Source: Octopus vulgaris
Lineage: Eukaryota
Assembly: GCA_951406725.2 (NCBI GenBank)
Contig: OX597832.1
Coordinates: 23,622,001 to 23,686,000, forward strand
Direction: 5' to 3'
DNA length: 64,000 nucleotides
Below are positions 13,361-27,450 of this stretch, piece after piece (position 1 is the first letter of the stretch; each line of letters begins with the position of its first letter). The notes under the pieces are model-generated. The model was not told where the DNA came from and did not search any database. It was given only the letters and a program-made list of their open reading frames with translations. The position numbers were made by a program, and so were the translations under genes.

Positions 13361-13941
13361 GGTATGGTCTCAGTTTCTTCCTTTATTTTCTCCGCCATAC
13401 AGCGATCGGACAAAATTTAAAATTATTAGTAAGTATTCCGCATCGCGTGCATGGCGAATGGTTTTCTTTCTTTCTATCATTTCTATATATTTATCTCCAT
13501 GGATGTTTTGTGAATTTATTAATGCGAAAACTTAATATCGGTTTGCTTTGAACTGCTTTTATCTAGTTCCAGCTCAGTAACAATCAGCTCATACCCTGTG
13601 TTTCATGTAGTTCCTTCGTTCAGATGCACTTTTAGCAAACTATGCTTCATACATAAATTACTTTTTGTGAAGTCACTGACAGTTGATATCAACACTAATG
13701 CATAAGACTTTTAAATTATTTCTTGTCTAGTAAATTTATTGATAGAATACTTTCGATAGAGCTGTTGGTGTTGTGGTGGTGGTTGCTGCTGTTGTTGTTG
13801 TTGCTGCTGCTGTTCTTGTTGTTGCTATTGTTGTTGTTGTTATTGTTGTTATTGCAATTGTTGCTGTTGTTGTTGTTGTTGGTCAGGATAACGATGATGA
13901 ATGCCGATGACGACGATGATGATATCGATGACATTTACGTA

Positions 13942-13976
<35 letters not shown>

Positions 13977-13986
13977 CAGTGATGAC

Positions 13987-14021
<35 letters not shown>

Positions 14022-14289
14022 CAGTGATGACGATGATGATGATGATGATGATGATGACGATGATGATGATGATGATGATGATGACCATGGTGATGAAATA
14101 ATAGATACACCAACTATTACATGATGCCGGAATTGTTGATGATAAACTGGATGCGAATGTTTCTAGACGATGATGATGATCGTAAGGATAACAATGATAC
14201 AAGCACACATGTTCAAACACATAGATACATGTAAACACACACACATGTACACACACGGATGTGCACAGCCACACACACATACATACATA

Positions 14290-15015
14290 TTGGATCATCC
14301 CATAAATAATGCGATTTTTTTCAATTGCATTAACTAAAATTCGGAGGAGGACGGGATAAACTGTCTGCATCATCTTGCTATAAAAACAGATAGCAATTTT
14401 ACCTTGTACTTATTCTTAGTGCAAGTTTTGAAGAGTGCAGTTCGATTTTAAATTATTTTTTCAAAGCTATAATAGAAGTGACAAAGGATCATATTCGGTA
14501 TATTTTGCTTTATGAGTTCAACAAAGCAACAATGCAAAGAAGCTGGCAGAAACGTTAACGGTGAAATGCTTAGTGGTATTTCGTCTGCCGTTACGTTCTG
14601 AGTTCAAATTCCGCCGAGGTCGACTTTGCCTTTCATCCTTTCGGGGTCGATAAATTAAGTACCAGTTACGCACTGGTGTCGATGTAATCGACTTAATCTG
14701 TTTGTCTGTCCTTGTTTGTCCTCGTCCTCTCTGTGTTTAGCCCATTGTGGGTAGTAAAGAAATGGTGGTTCCAGAAACTACAGCCTAGAAGACGAGCTTC
14801 GTCCTGGAATATCTGTAGAGCTCGACGAGGACGTCCTGCAAACCCTGGTGGAACAAAATCCCATCGTAACTGTCGAGGAACTAGAAGAGAAGCATGGATT
14901 TAGTTATTCAACCATTCATCGACACCTGCGTGCCATCGGAAGTCCAGCAAATTGGGTCACAAGCTTTCCGAGTCTAATCGCACGCAGAGAGTGAATGTGT
15001 GCTCTTCTCTGCAGA
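14290..15015 (+). mobile_element. Mariner transposon relic (left TIR plus N-terminal HTH region), interrupted by a SINE
   Basis: TA followed by the TIR-like TTGGATCATCCCATAAATAATGCGATTTTTT. Translation gives EVTKDHIRYILLYEFNK at about 14475 and, after the SINE, NYSLEDELRPGISVELDEDVLQTLVEQNPIVTVEELEEKHGFSYSTIHRHLRAIG...HKLSESNRTQRVNVCSSL. Confidence 0.85.
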
Positions 15016-15435
15016 TACTGGGTCAGCTTATGACGTATTTATACAACACATAAAAAATTTAAATGTTTGGGTAAAGGGTAGAGACCTCCTTCGGTCGTGA
15101 ATGACCATGGAATTACACCTGGAAAGTTACCCTATGAGACACAAATCTGGGCAAAGTTGCTTATGGAAACCAGCAGTCACCCAAACATACCAGCGTCCCT
15201 TCTCCATGCCACTGACAAAAGCTGATACAGTTGGCACCAGAAACGTCACAACTCTTTTTTACAGCTGAGTGAACTGGAGCAACGTGAAATAAAGTGTCTT
15301 GCTCAAGAACACAACATACAACCCTATCCGGGAATCGAACTCACTACCTCATGATTGTGAGCCCAACACTCTAACCACTACACCATGCGCTTTTACAACA
15401 GAAAATGTAGAAGGGAATAAAAATTGCTGGAAATC

Positions 15436-15628
15436 AGTAAATCCGTGGAATAAGCTGCCGGACGAGATAGCGAAGATGCCGACGACCGCTCGGTTCAAAG
15501 TCTCTCTTGACCAGAAATGGCCTGAACACTTTGCATGAACACCCTCCCTGTACATAACTCCATGTCCCCCGACATGGCCTTGCTTTTTGCTTTTTGAGCC
15601 AAAAAATAAACTTAACTTAACTTAACCT
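15436..15628 (+). mobile_element. CR1-group LINE 3' end
   Basis: VNPWNKLPDEIAKMPTTARFKVSLDQKW* matches the WNxLP...FKxxLD C-terminal motif. A short 3' UTR follows, then an (ACTTA)n tail. Confidence 0.75.
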
Positions 15629-16247
15629 ACTAAGGGAAGTTCTTAATAGTTACAACAGGTTTTCACATGGTTTCCACCTTATAAAATTCACTTGCAAGAC
15701 ATAGGTCAGCCTGGCACCTTTCAAGACATGAGTCGGCACCTTGGTCGCTGGTTGGTCATGGTGTCACGCAGAGGGACTGAACTCGTAGCTATGTGGCTGT
15801 AAAGCAAGCTTATCTTTGATAAAAAAGAAACGTTAATATTTACTGTAGACAGACGTTAATCCCACCTGTACCTGCAACACGTATAACAATATATTTTATT
15901 TCGAGTTAACAGCATGGTTACAATGCTTTGTCAATCATTTTGTTAGTTTTATCGAATCCAACACCTGGTTGTTGCAGAAATAAAATCGGTTTAAATTCGA
16001 TTAGTCTTAATAAATCAATCGAATTGATTTGATTTGATTTGTCTAATTTATTCCCATCACATAGAAAATTCAATATAAATTATTTCACTTTCCACAAAAT
16101 GTTACAATAACGATTTAATTATATTTAATAACCAAAATGTTGTTGGTTTTGAGTTTTTTTTTTTATTATTATTACTATAGGCAGGTACGAGACCAGAGAT
16201 TTTAGTAGACAAATTTATTCGATAATATTCATGTTATATAGATAGAC

Positions 16248-16357
<110 letters not shown>

Positions 16358-16695
16358 TGTATATATATGCATATTGTTGATGATATTACTAGGAATACAT
16401 AAGCAGACGTTCAATCAAGTAGACGCAGGTGTACGTATATATACATATATGGTGGAAAGCATGGAGACAGACCAAGTGGTATACGTATGCGTATGTATAT
16501 AACGAGATATATATATATATACATCAACACACACACATATACATATATATATATGTATATACATATATACATACGCATAAGTATACTAGTTAGTCTGTTT
16601 CCATGCACCCTCCTATACATATATATATATTTACATATATACAGACATATATATTATATATATATAAATATATATATTTACATATATATATATAC

Positions 16696-16739
<44 letters not shown>

Positions 16740-16811
16740 TCAATATATATATATATATACATTTATATATACACACACACGCACACGGAGTTAGATAGGT
16801 AGCTAGATAGT

Positions 16812-16897
<86 letters not shown>

Positions 16898-17301
16898 GAT
16901 AAGTAAGTAGGTAGGTAGGTAGGTAGGTAGGTAGGTAGGTAGGTAGGTAGGTAATCTGTGCCAATCTGTGTCGGCCTTTGCCTTTCCTCTGGGCAACATC
17001 GGTAGGGAGGCTGGTATGATTTGGTAACTGCTAGTCTTCCATAAAGAACTTTGCCTGGACTTGCGCCTCGGAAGACGGACTCTTTAGGTGCAATCCTATG
17101 GTCATTCGTGGTCTTAACCCTTTTTATCGCAAAATATTTACATACAAGATTTTTTCGGCAAGTGTTGCTACTTCAAAAATTTTCTGTTAGAATTTTCGAA
17201 ACCCGTTTCTCACCCAGCTAATGACATACAAGCAATAAGAACGAGCCAATTCGGGGATTTTAAATTCAAAGTGGCCATGCTCTTTAAAACCACATTATAA
17301 T

Positions 17302-17668
17302 CAGTGCTTTTCAAAGTAGGCGGTACTGTCCTATGATGGGGTGGATAATTTTGTAACGGTTTGGGGAATAAAGTGGGTGGGGAATGTTGGACAGCAACAG
17401 ATGCATCGTTTAATTGCCTTAATTTTCAATAATATTTGTAATATTTTCTGCCGATAAATTACCCGGTATTATTACCCGTTGCAATGTCATTTTGACATAG
17501 TCCACTACAGTGATGAAATGAGTTATGCGCAAGTAACCTTTTAATGGCGATCCAACTGGCAGTAGCAATTTTTCTAGAGTATTTAATTTTGTTAAATTTT
17601 AACAAGGGGGTCATTTAAAAGCGTTAGTGAAAGGAAGAGAGACGATAGTTGAAAAATAAGAAGCACAG
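17302..17668. mobile_element. Possible decayed hAT-type MITE
   Basis: Begins CAGTGCTTTTCAAAGT and ends with a degenerate complement (AGTTGAAAA...AAGCACAG). No clear TSD. Confidence 0.3.
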
Positions 17669-18448
17669 CCTGGACGAAAATATGAGCATTTTGTCTTTTA
17701 ACAGTGGCATGTTCGATAAAACTGTTGTGGCCAATTTAAACCTTGTTGGAAATTTTCCGAATCTATTTTTGCTCGATTCATATATATTCGCACTGGCTAG
17801 TGTTGCAGTTGTTTTTTAATATGCTTTGTTGTATTGGGTCTGGTGGAAGAGATGGTGCCTTTGGCTATTGCAGGCTCTCTGGTGTAGTGGGACTGATAGG
17901 TTAAAACTGCCCCCTTCAAAAGCTTAAGTCGATGGCTGCAAGGAAAACAAGTACAGAGACCTGAGGTTCTTGAAAGAATGGACTGGATAACAGGTTAGTG
18001 TCGGGGCCGAAAACGGTCACAATAAAGATGAAAAAGAATAGTTGAATTAGCCAAGTGTATTTAAGTCGAGAAGGTACCATACTAACCAGTTTCCGGAAGA
18101 AATAACCATTATAGTAGCAGTAGAAAAAGCAAAGTGCTAAGAAAGTATATCTAGGGACCAAAGCTTTTCAGTATCACATTTAAGTATCAAAGTGCCGCGC
18201 GGTGGGATTGAACGCGTAACCATACGGTAGCGAGTAGAATTTCTTAAACATACACGCAGCCATTGAATTACAACTCAGAAAAGGGTTGAAACATTTTCGT
18301 GAAGTTTTATCTTCTGACATAACGAACATAAATATCTAAGATCAAAGAAAATTACGGCAAAGTTTGTGTCGTCCCGAAAAGGTTTAGAGGCGGTAAAAAA
18401 AAAATAATTGTGTATATCTAAAATGGAATGAGAATCAATAGTCTAGAC

Positions 18449-19313
18449 CAGTGGTTTTCAGCCAGGGTCCATATGATTTGACTTGACTCGACAGCATTCA
18501 CCGGGGTGGGTTGAGCTGGCTTCATTCATCCTCAATGCTGCATCTCTCACAAACGCCGACCAGGCCTGGCGATTTGAAGCTAACAACCGCGTGATCTCCA
18601 ACCACTCCTTATTCCAGCGGCGAACGCCGTAGACATGGGGGCCTAGGTTGGGTTCCAGATCAGCCTTGACTGTCATCAGCCAGGTTTTTCGTTGTCCACC
18701 ACATCGCTTTCACCAACCCTGAAGGGGAGCTGGGGCAATTGCTTCGTAGATGAATTCTCCTGGTTGACGACGGAGGGCATGAACCAGCCAATGCAGATGT
18801 CTCGTTAGGATGACTTGTAGGATGGAGGTGATTTTGCACAGGTGTCGCAACGAATTGTTGGAGACAAAGTGATGCCATCGGACACGAAGGATGCGGCGTA
18901 GACGGAGGTAATCGAAGGATTCTAGTCGCTTAATATCCTTCAAACATTCCTCAGGGTCCATATGGCCCTTGAGGATTCATTTTCAAGAGTCCACACAGCA
19001 AAATAGGAAACAGGGGATCCACAATAGTTTTTAAGGGCCCCTTAAAATACGATTTTGCTCTAGATGTATGCATTGGTATATTTTGCTCTAGATGTATGTA
19101 TTGGTATATATTGGAAGAAATCGCTACGTTTGTTTCTCTAACACTACATAGTTCAACCTACAGATGTTAATGGGTGAAAAACAAAACGGGAATTCTGAAA
19201 AAAATGTCTATAAAACTAGTTTTTTGAACAACGAATGGCTTGGTGTGTGCTAGTAAGCGACTTTATATTGTAATCAAAGGGGTCCATAGACAACAAATGG
19301 TTGAGTGCCACTG
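18449..19313. mobile_element. Non-autonomous hAT-type DNA transposon (host of the RTE insertion)
   Basis: Imperfect TIRs CAGTGGTTTTCAGCC (18449) and GGTTGAGTGCCACTG (19299-19313), flanked by an 8-bp TSD GTCTAGAC (18441-18448) / GTCCAGAC (19314-19321). Confidence 0.8.
18476..18951 (-). mobile_element. 5'-truncated RTE-clade LINE with 13-bp target site duplication
   Basis: Peptides IKRLESFDYLRLRRILRVRWHHFVSN...RHLHWLVHALRR and ...KADL...ASNRQAWSAFV match an RTE C-terminus. The 3' tail is a short repeat (GAGTCAAGTCAAAT), and CAGGGTCCATATG is duplicated at 18463-18475 and 18952-18964. Confidence 0.9.
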
Positions 19314-19850
19314 GTCCAGACGTTTGGATTAATTATATTCCTTAGTAAATACGTCACAGCAGAAAATTTTCACAAAAACATTTACCACCCACATATTACA
19401 CAATACTTTTGTTTAACTGAGATTGGCAGTATACCATAATGATAACGATCTGTTTAATGATGCCAACTTCTCCAAGACAGGGTAATTTAGAATTCATTAT
19501 GGCCTGGAGAATATTATTCAACAATTGGACAATGTGAAATCATTGAGACAAATTTGAGTTCAAGAACTTTCATAAAGCAAGGAATCTTTACTAAAACATT
19601 CTTTGAACTGTAGTCCGCATCGTTGAAAGAGCTTGCTGGTTGTCTAAAGAAAAGGATTTAGAAAAAAAATCTATAAAATAGTCATAACAAAATTATTGGT
19701 TATATAATTCCTGTTAGGAATAAATCAGTTTTATCTTTATATCTTTTTATTTTTATTTTTATATTTTATTGGCAAACTCAATTCCGTGTATGAAATAATA
19801 TAGGAAAAAAGGTAATATACCTATTTCTTCGACTGTCTACATGTGTGTGT

Positions 19851-19911
<61 letters not shown>

Positions 19912-21878
19912 TCGATTATATCGACCCCAGTGCGTAACTGGTACTTATTTAATCGACCCCTAAAGGATGAAAGGCATTTGAACTCAGAACGTAGCGGCAG
20001 ACGAAATACCTATTTCTTTACTACCCACAAGGAGCTAAACACAGAAAGGACAAACAAGGACAGACAAACGGATTAAAGTCGATTATATCGACCCCAGTGC
20101 GTAACTGGTACTTAATTTATCGACCCCGAAAGGATGAAAAGCAAAATCTACCTCGGCGGAATTTGATCACAAAACATAACGGCAGACGAAATACCGCTAG
20201 GCGTTTCGCCCGGCGTGCAAACGTTTCTGCCAGCTCGCCGCCTTATTGGCTTTCTGCCTACCAGATTCACCCACAACACATCGATTGGCCCAGAGCTATA
20301 CTAGTACCTCACTAAGACTTAATCCAATTCCACGTAGTTGCACAACGATCTTCTTAGCCATGCACCCGTGCCTGTGCTTATCGTAGTTTCTCGCTCAGTC
20401 TTCATTTCACGTTTCAAAATTACTAACTTCCCTTCAAGAGTTTACGCGTAAAACCGCAAAGGACTTTTATCATACATTTTCATACAATGTAGTTGGTGTG
20501 ATACGAATACATTATTCACCATATGCATTATAATGGTACTTAAATATCTGATTCTGCAGCGCACTTTTTTATCTTTTATTTTAGATTATCTCTTTTGTTA
20601 TCCATATCGCTCGCTTATATTTAGATATTCCATTACCGTGTGCGCTGTGGGTATCTTCTAGATGGTTTTTTTAAAACTCAGAATGATAACCTCGATATAA
20701 CTCCATATAATAACTTCTATTTGCAAGCAGGGGTTTATAGTCCAGTGTGTTGTTGTTTTTATATATGTTCAGGTAATCTCAGAGTAATATCGTCAATAAC
20801 TTTTAACATAAGAATGGTATGGAAGTTTTTTTTTTCCCCCAATTCACGTCGAAAAAAGGTTTGTTATTTATACGTACGCAGAGGTAATGTGTGCGTGTGT
20901 GTGTATGAGTGTGTGTGAGTGTGTGTGTGTGTATGAGTGTGTGTGTGTGTGTGATAGAGAGAATGTGTGTGCATATATAGTTGAGTATTAATACTACACA
21001 CACACGTATATATATATATGGATAGATAGATATATAGATATATATATATATGTATGCATGTATATGTACACATGTATATGTACGCGTGTATGTGTGTGTA
21101 TATATATATATATGCATGTATCTATGTGCGCGCGCGTGTGTGTGTGTGTGTGTGTGTGCGAGTTTAATAGTGGTTATGGCAGCGTCAATTGCTTGCTTAC
21201 AATTATATTGTTCTCTGCTGTGGCAGTTTTTTCGCTTGTTTTTAATATCTTCAGAAAATCGAGAAATATCATAGGAATTGGGGGAACAATTGCTATCGGG
21301 AAGAGCAATTTTTCCAACAAAAATGATAGCCGTCATCGAATCTATTTAACCGCAAAGTGATTTGGAGAACTTCTGTTTAAAAGCTTCCGAAAGCTGACAG
21401 AAGGATCTTCGCTGGTATTACATAGCACCGGAATAAAATGTGTAAATGCAAAGACTTAAATTGAAGTGAGAATAACAAGTTCTCTTTAGACAACTCATAG
21501 ATTTGATAGGGTTTGCTGGTCAGTTCTTCTGTAGAGTTATGTGTTTGGGATCACGGGGTCCACTAGATAGGAGGCCATTGGGTTGGATGTGGAAGCAACG
21601 CAGATTGCTTCAAGGTGGTGGGGGATTGTTGTTGTTACTGCTGGTAGTTGCTAGTGGTGGTAATGAGGGTGTTGGTGTCGTTGTTGTTGTTGTTTTTGCG
21701 GTGATGTAGCTGTGGTCGGAATGTTGTTGTTGTTGTTGTTGTGGTGGTGGTGGTGATGGTGGTGGTGGCGGTGGTGGTGGTGTTGGTGGTGGTGGTGGTG
21801 GTGGTGGTGGTGGTGGTGGTGGTGGTGGTGGTGGTGGTGGTGGTGGTGATGTAGCTGTGGTTGGAATGTTGTTGTTGC

Positions 21879-21912
<34 letters not shown>

Positions 21913-22227
21913 GCTGCTGCTGCTGGAAGGGTCTGTGCAGTTAGGGGTGGTGATGCCAACTGGACATAGGATGGGCCTTGATCAATCCCGGTTGGGTTGC
22001 CTCAGTGCGAGTGTCTGATTGTTGAAAGACTTGAAACACTGAATGATCTGAGGAGTCATCACGGACGGAGGATATTGATTCATCACAGGAAAAAAATGTA
22101 TGGAAAAACTCGGTTGTGGAGTTAGTGTTCGTATCGATACGATGGTGTTGATATGATATCAATGGCATCCATATCCGTCTACTTTCTTCATTGAACACAG
22201 CATCGTGGGATGTCACTCAGCGTCACT

Positions 22228-22833
22228 AGTGGCTCAAGAATCAATACATACAGAAGCGACGAGAGGAGGCATCCTTGACAAACCGAACACATGATGTTAA
22301 ATGGTCTGGATAGATGACCATTTACGCTAACTACCGAGCGAATGCCGCTGTATAAGGCAGCGGTCCAACCGCGGAAGATGGGACCGAAGCCAGCCGCTTT
22401 AAAAACCGCCTCCAAGTAGTGATGGTCTACCCTATCGAAAGCTTTTAATTGATCCAAATTGATCAGCGCCCCGCTCATGCCAGGAGTCGTAGCTACCCTG
22501 TCTATGATGTAACGTATCTGATGGAGGTTGTCACGGATACACCTACCCGGCACGGCGCACGTTTGCGCCTTGTCGACTAGTTTCTCGATGACAAGCGCCA
22601 TTCTCTCGGCTAACACCTTGGCCAAAATTTTCAAATCTGCGTTGAGCAGAGTGATGGGTCTGAAGTTATCTATGACGTTCCCCTTGTTTGGGTCTTTTTT
22701 TAGCAGTGCTCCTCGCTTTACAAAGACGAGGATTCTCCCGTTTTGCTGCTAGTTGCAGTAGACAGCCAGTAACACGCCCCCAAACAAGTCTGGCATATGA
22801 CAATAAAGTTGGTAGAGCAGACCATCCAAGCCT
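22228..22833 (-). mobile_element. Tx1/L1-clade LINE reverse transcriptase fragment (decayed)
   Basis: Translation gives SGLDGL...NFRPITLLNADLKILAKVLAERM...QTCAVPGRCIRDN...NLDQLKAFDRVDHHYL...VNGHLSRPF...CQGCLLSSLLYVLILEPL. These are early RT motifs typical of L1/Tx1, with a stop and frameshift upstream. Confidence 0.9.
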
Positions 22834-22846
22834 GATAGATAGATAT

Positions 22847-22920
<74 letters not shown>

Positions 22921-23027
22921 GGAGAGATAGATAGGTAGATTTCTGTGGTTATTTGTGTGTGTGTGTGTGTGTATAGTGACGTACATAGAAAAATTATATA
23001 TATATATATATATGTATACATATACAT

Positions 23028-23086
<59 letters not shown>

Positions 23087-23400
23087 GAGAGAGAGAGAGA
23101 GAGAGAGGGGGAGAGAGATCGTTGATATTGAAAGATATACATAATAGTATGAATGCATGTATTTCTACTTAGATAATAAATTTAATAAGTTTGATTATGT
23201 ACAATTCTGTACACATGTATATATAAATATAAATTAATAATTTTAATTTAAAATTTAAATAATTTAAATTTTTAAATTTTATATTTTATATATTTTGTAT
23301 ATTATATTATTTTTTTTATGTTTTGGTTTGTTTTTCACTATTTGATTTGCCTAATAGTGGTTTTATCTCTAATTTAATTTATATATACATATATATATAT

Positions 23401-23453
<53 letters not shown>

Positions 23454-23681
23454 AGAATTGTCCATGATCAAACTTTGTCTATCTCTTTAACTTCTTGGAG
23501 ATTTTAGGTATAATTATACTACTATGTCCATCTGTTCTAATTTAATTAAATTCTATGTCTTTGTGCAGCTGAGGATTGCGCTGCATTTTACATTGATGTA
23601 ATGATTGCATTGTTCAATTAAATGGAGTTTCATAAAACGATCGTATTGCGTTACCTCTGGGTATCATTGTTGCTTATTTTG

Positions 23682-23745
<64 letters not shown>

Positions 23746-24189
23746 TAGATATGATGTATGATGTATGTATATGTAGACACACACACAAGCACACACACAT
23801 GCTCGCGCGCGCGCGTGTGTGTAGATTTATATATACATCAAGAGACTGACATGTAGGTAGCATACAAGCACACAGTGATAAATTGTTACAGATAAAGAAA
23901 TGCGAAGAAGAATGATGGTAAGAGAAACTATTACATCGAGAGAGAGAGAGACAGAGAGAGAGAGAGAGAAAGAGAGAGAGAGGGGGGAGTAAAATAGGTA
24001 AACAGATTGACGAAAGCAACACTCAAAGACAAACGAAATCATATTCTAACGGGAAATAACAGATGTTTTGAAATACAGAATCAAAGAAAATAGATAAGAA
24101 CATCCACAACGAAAAGGAAAAGAAAAAAAAAACAGAGCAGGAGAAGAAATGGAAATCGGCCACGGAGAAAACGAAAGTGAAACTGAAAG

Positions 24190-24843
24190 TTATAATGGTG
24201 GTTGTGGTGGCGGCGATGGTGGTCATCTTCAACGTCGCTGCTGTCGCCGTCGGAGGCGGCGTCGTACTATTTGTAGTAATGGTGATATTGCTGATAGTGA
24301 TTATGATGCTGATTAGTGCAGCTCTTTGCGATGGTGCTGGTGATAGTGGTGCTGGTGATGGTGGTGCTGGTGATGGTGATGCCGCTGGTGCTAGCAGTGT
24401 TGTTCTTGTTTGTTGTTGTTGCTGTTATTGTTGGGGGGTTGTTGCTGTTGTTAGTAGTTGCTGGTGGTTGTAGTAATGTTGTTGCTGTTGTTGTTGTTGT
24501 TGGTTGGTGGTGGTGGTGGTGGTGGTGGTAACGGTGATAACGGTGGTGGGGGATTGTTGTTGTTACTGCTGGTAGTTGCTAGTGGTGGTAATGAGGGTGT
24601 TGGTGTCGGTGTTGTTGTTGTTTTTGGTGATGGTGTCGGTGGTGGTGATGGTGGTGGTGACAGTGGTCCCCGGTGGTTGCTGGTAGTCTTAATGATGGTG
24701 GTGTTTGTGGTGGTGAAGCTAATAATAGTGCTGCTGGTGGTGGTAGTGGTGGTGGTGGTGGTGGTGGTGGTGGTGGTGGTGGTGATGTAGCTGTGGTCGG
24801 AATGATGTTGTTGTTGATGTTGTTGCTGCTGTTATTGTTGTTG

Positions 24844-24875
<32 letters not shown>

Positions 24876-26070
24876 GGTGGTGGTGGTGGTGGTGGTGATG
24901 TAGCTGTGGTTGGAATGTTGTTATTGCTGTTGTTGTTGTTGCTGCTGCTGGTGGCAGTGGTGGTGATGGTGTGGTCATCGGCGCCATCGGTGTCGTCGTT
25001 GTCGTCGTGATCTTAGTTGTCGTGGTCGCGATGCTGGCGGTGCTGCTGCTGCTGCTGGCGGCGGTGCTGCTGCTGCTGCTGGCGGCGGTGGTGGCAGCAG
25101 AGCGTGCTGGATCTATCGGTGATGACGTGTATGGTGTAAGCACTTGGTTATGCCCACTCCACACTTGAGTTCGGCTGTTGAAAGACCAGATAGTCGTCTG
25201 AAGTGCTTGTGTTAATAAGCAGTGCAAAGACCACCACCATCACTATTGCCACTCCTATTACTGCGCCTCCTTCTCCTCAACCCCCTCCTCCTCCTCCTCA
25301 ACCGATGCCTAAGGATAATACGTGAATATAATAGAGATATTAGAAGCAGTGGTCATGGTAACGGAATGACGATAATGGTGGTGATGATGATGATGATGAT
25401 GGAGGAGGAGGAGGAGGAGGAGGAGCAGGTGGTGGTGGTGGTGGTGGTGGTGGTGGTGGTGGTGGTGGAAAAGGAGGAGGAGGAAGAAGAAGCAGAAAAA
25501 GAAGAAGAAGAAGAAGAAGAAGAAGAAGAAGAAGAAGAAGAAGAAGAAGAGAAAGAGGGCAGATGAGGAAGAGGACAACGACGACAATGACGACGACGAT
25601 GTTGATGATGAAGATGTTGAAGATGATTATGATGATGTTGATGATGCTGATGGTGCTGATGCTGATGAGGAGGAGGAAGAAGAGGATGATGCTGATGAGG
25701 AGGAAGAAGAAGAAGATGATGCTGATGAGGATGAGAAGAGATGGTAGAGGAGTGGGCCCACGACGACGATGATGACGATGAGGTTGATGACAACGACGAT
25801 TGAGGTGATCATGTGGATCATGGTAACCACGTTGCCCATGACGACGACAATGTCGACGGTAGCAACGATGATAGCGAGGATAACGACGATGACGATGATG
25901 ATGATGATGATGATGATGATGATATCGATGACATTCATGAAGTAGAAGATGATGATGATGACAATAGCTACACCAACTATTAGATGATGCTGGAATTGCT
26001 GATGGTAAATTGGATGCGGATGTTTCGAGAGGTACTGATGATGACGACGACGACGACGACGATGATGGAG
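24190..26070. repeat. Compound trinucleotide repeat field (GGT/GTT/GCT/GAG/GAA/GAT)
   Basis: Direct inspection. Related fields lie at 13760-14180, 21613-21925 and 45853-46325. Confidence 0.95.
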
Positions 26071-26165
26071 TAATACTCTACTTCTGACCCATTAATAGAT
26101 TTTTTTTCTGTAAGCATACAGTGAGGAGCAAGTTCAACGGTGAGATATACATACAAACACTCATT

Positions 26166-26209
<44 letters not shown>

Positions 26210-26358
26210 TGTGTGTGTGTTTGTATGTGTGCTTTTGTGTGTGTTTGTGAGTGTGTGTGTGTGTTTGTGTGTGTTTGTGTGTGTTTGTGTGTGTTTGCGT
26301 GTGTGTTTGTGTGTGTTTGTGTGTGTTTGTTTGTGTGTGTTTGTGTTTGTGTGTGTTA

Positions 26359-26389
<31 letters not shown>

Positions 26390-26413
26390 TGTGTGTGTGT
26401 GTTTGTATGTGTG

Positions 26414-26455
<42 letters not shown>

Positions 26456-26543
26456 TGTGTGTTTGCGTGTGTGTGTGTGTGTTTGTGTGTGTGTGTTTGT
26501 GTGTGTTTGTGTTTGTGTGTGTTAGTGTGTGTGTTTGTGTGTG

Positions 26544-26574
<31 letters not shown>

Positions 26575-26575
<1 letters not shown>

Positions 26576-27450
26576 GCCAAGAAGTTTGTTCGGTTTTTTT
26601 GTCTCCTTTGCACATGCGTATTCGGTAGATACCCGATACGCTAACGTTATTCGACGCGCATTTTCGACGAGACAGGTTGTATTTTGTTTTGCTTGAGATC
26701 ACCCCTGAAAATGAAGAACCAAATCGAACATCATCGATACGTCAAGCATTTTTTATTGCCAAAAAAAAAACAGCTAGAAAGAAGCGGAAATCTGCAGGAA
26801 TATATGTACTATAAAAAAAACAATGATAAATGCGCCCTTTTAGTGCCTAGCCAGGCTCATAGGCCCGGTTTCCTGGTTTCTATGGCGTATGTGTTCCACA
26901 GCTGGACGGGACGCCAGTCCATCGCAGAGTTACTCATTTTTGCCCGCTGAGTGGACTTGAGCAACGTGAAATGAAGTGTTTTGCTCAAGAACACAACGCG
27001 TCGCCCGGTCCAGGAATTGAAACCACAATCTTACGATCATGGACGCCAGTCCATTGCAGCGTTACTCATTTTTGCCAGCTGAGTGGATTGGAGCAACGTG
27101 AAAGGAAGTGTTTTGCTGAAGAACACAACGCGTCGCCCGGTCCAGGAATCGAAACCACAATCTTACGATCGTAGTGCTAACACCCTAGCCACTAAGCCAC
27201 GCGCCTCTACATATGTACTATATGCGGAGAAAATTCAGTTACGAAACGTGTGAGTATATCAGAAGAGGTTTCCTAGATTTCGATCTTTTACCGTTCAAGA
27301 TGCTTCTCGTTCTGGCCGACCAACTGGGATTAACAGTAATGTAGTTCCGCTTTATCACAGTTATATATTCGCAATATCTATTAGCAAGAAGCAAATCATC
27401 CAGTTCCTTCTGTAATTTACAGTTTACTTCTGTGGCTTTCATATATTTTA
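26575..27450 (+). mobile_element. Second, older mariner relic interrupted by SINEs
   Basis: TIR-like GGCCAAGAAGTTTGTTCGGTTTTT at 26575, ATG at 26711 giving MKNQIEHHRYV, and after the SINE CGENSVT...TVQDASRSGRP (27296-27322). Confidence 0.65.
26814..27210 (-). mobile_element. tRNA-type SINE group C with an internal duplication of about 130 bp and a 12-bp TSD
   Basis: Minus-strand head GTAGAGGCGCGTGGCTTAGTGG...GGTTTCGATTCC and TSD ATATGTACTATA at 26802-26813 and 27211-27222. Related sequences lie at about 15073-15393, 16957-17125, 30886-31170 and 48232-48530. Confidence 0.85.

Noticed and set aside
24177-25938. Poly-V/G/L/E/H ORFs resembling low-complexity proteins
   Set aside because: Trinucleotide repeats open on both strands with no splice or domain support.
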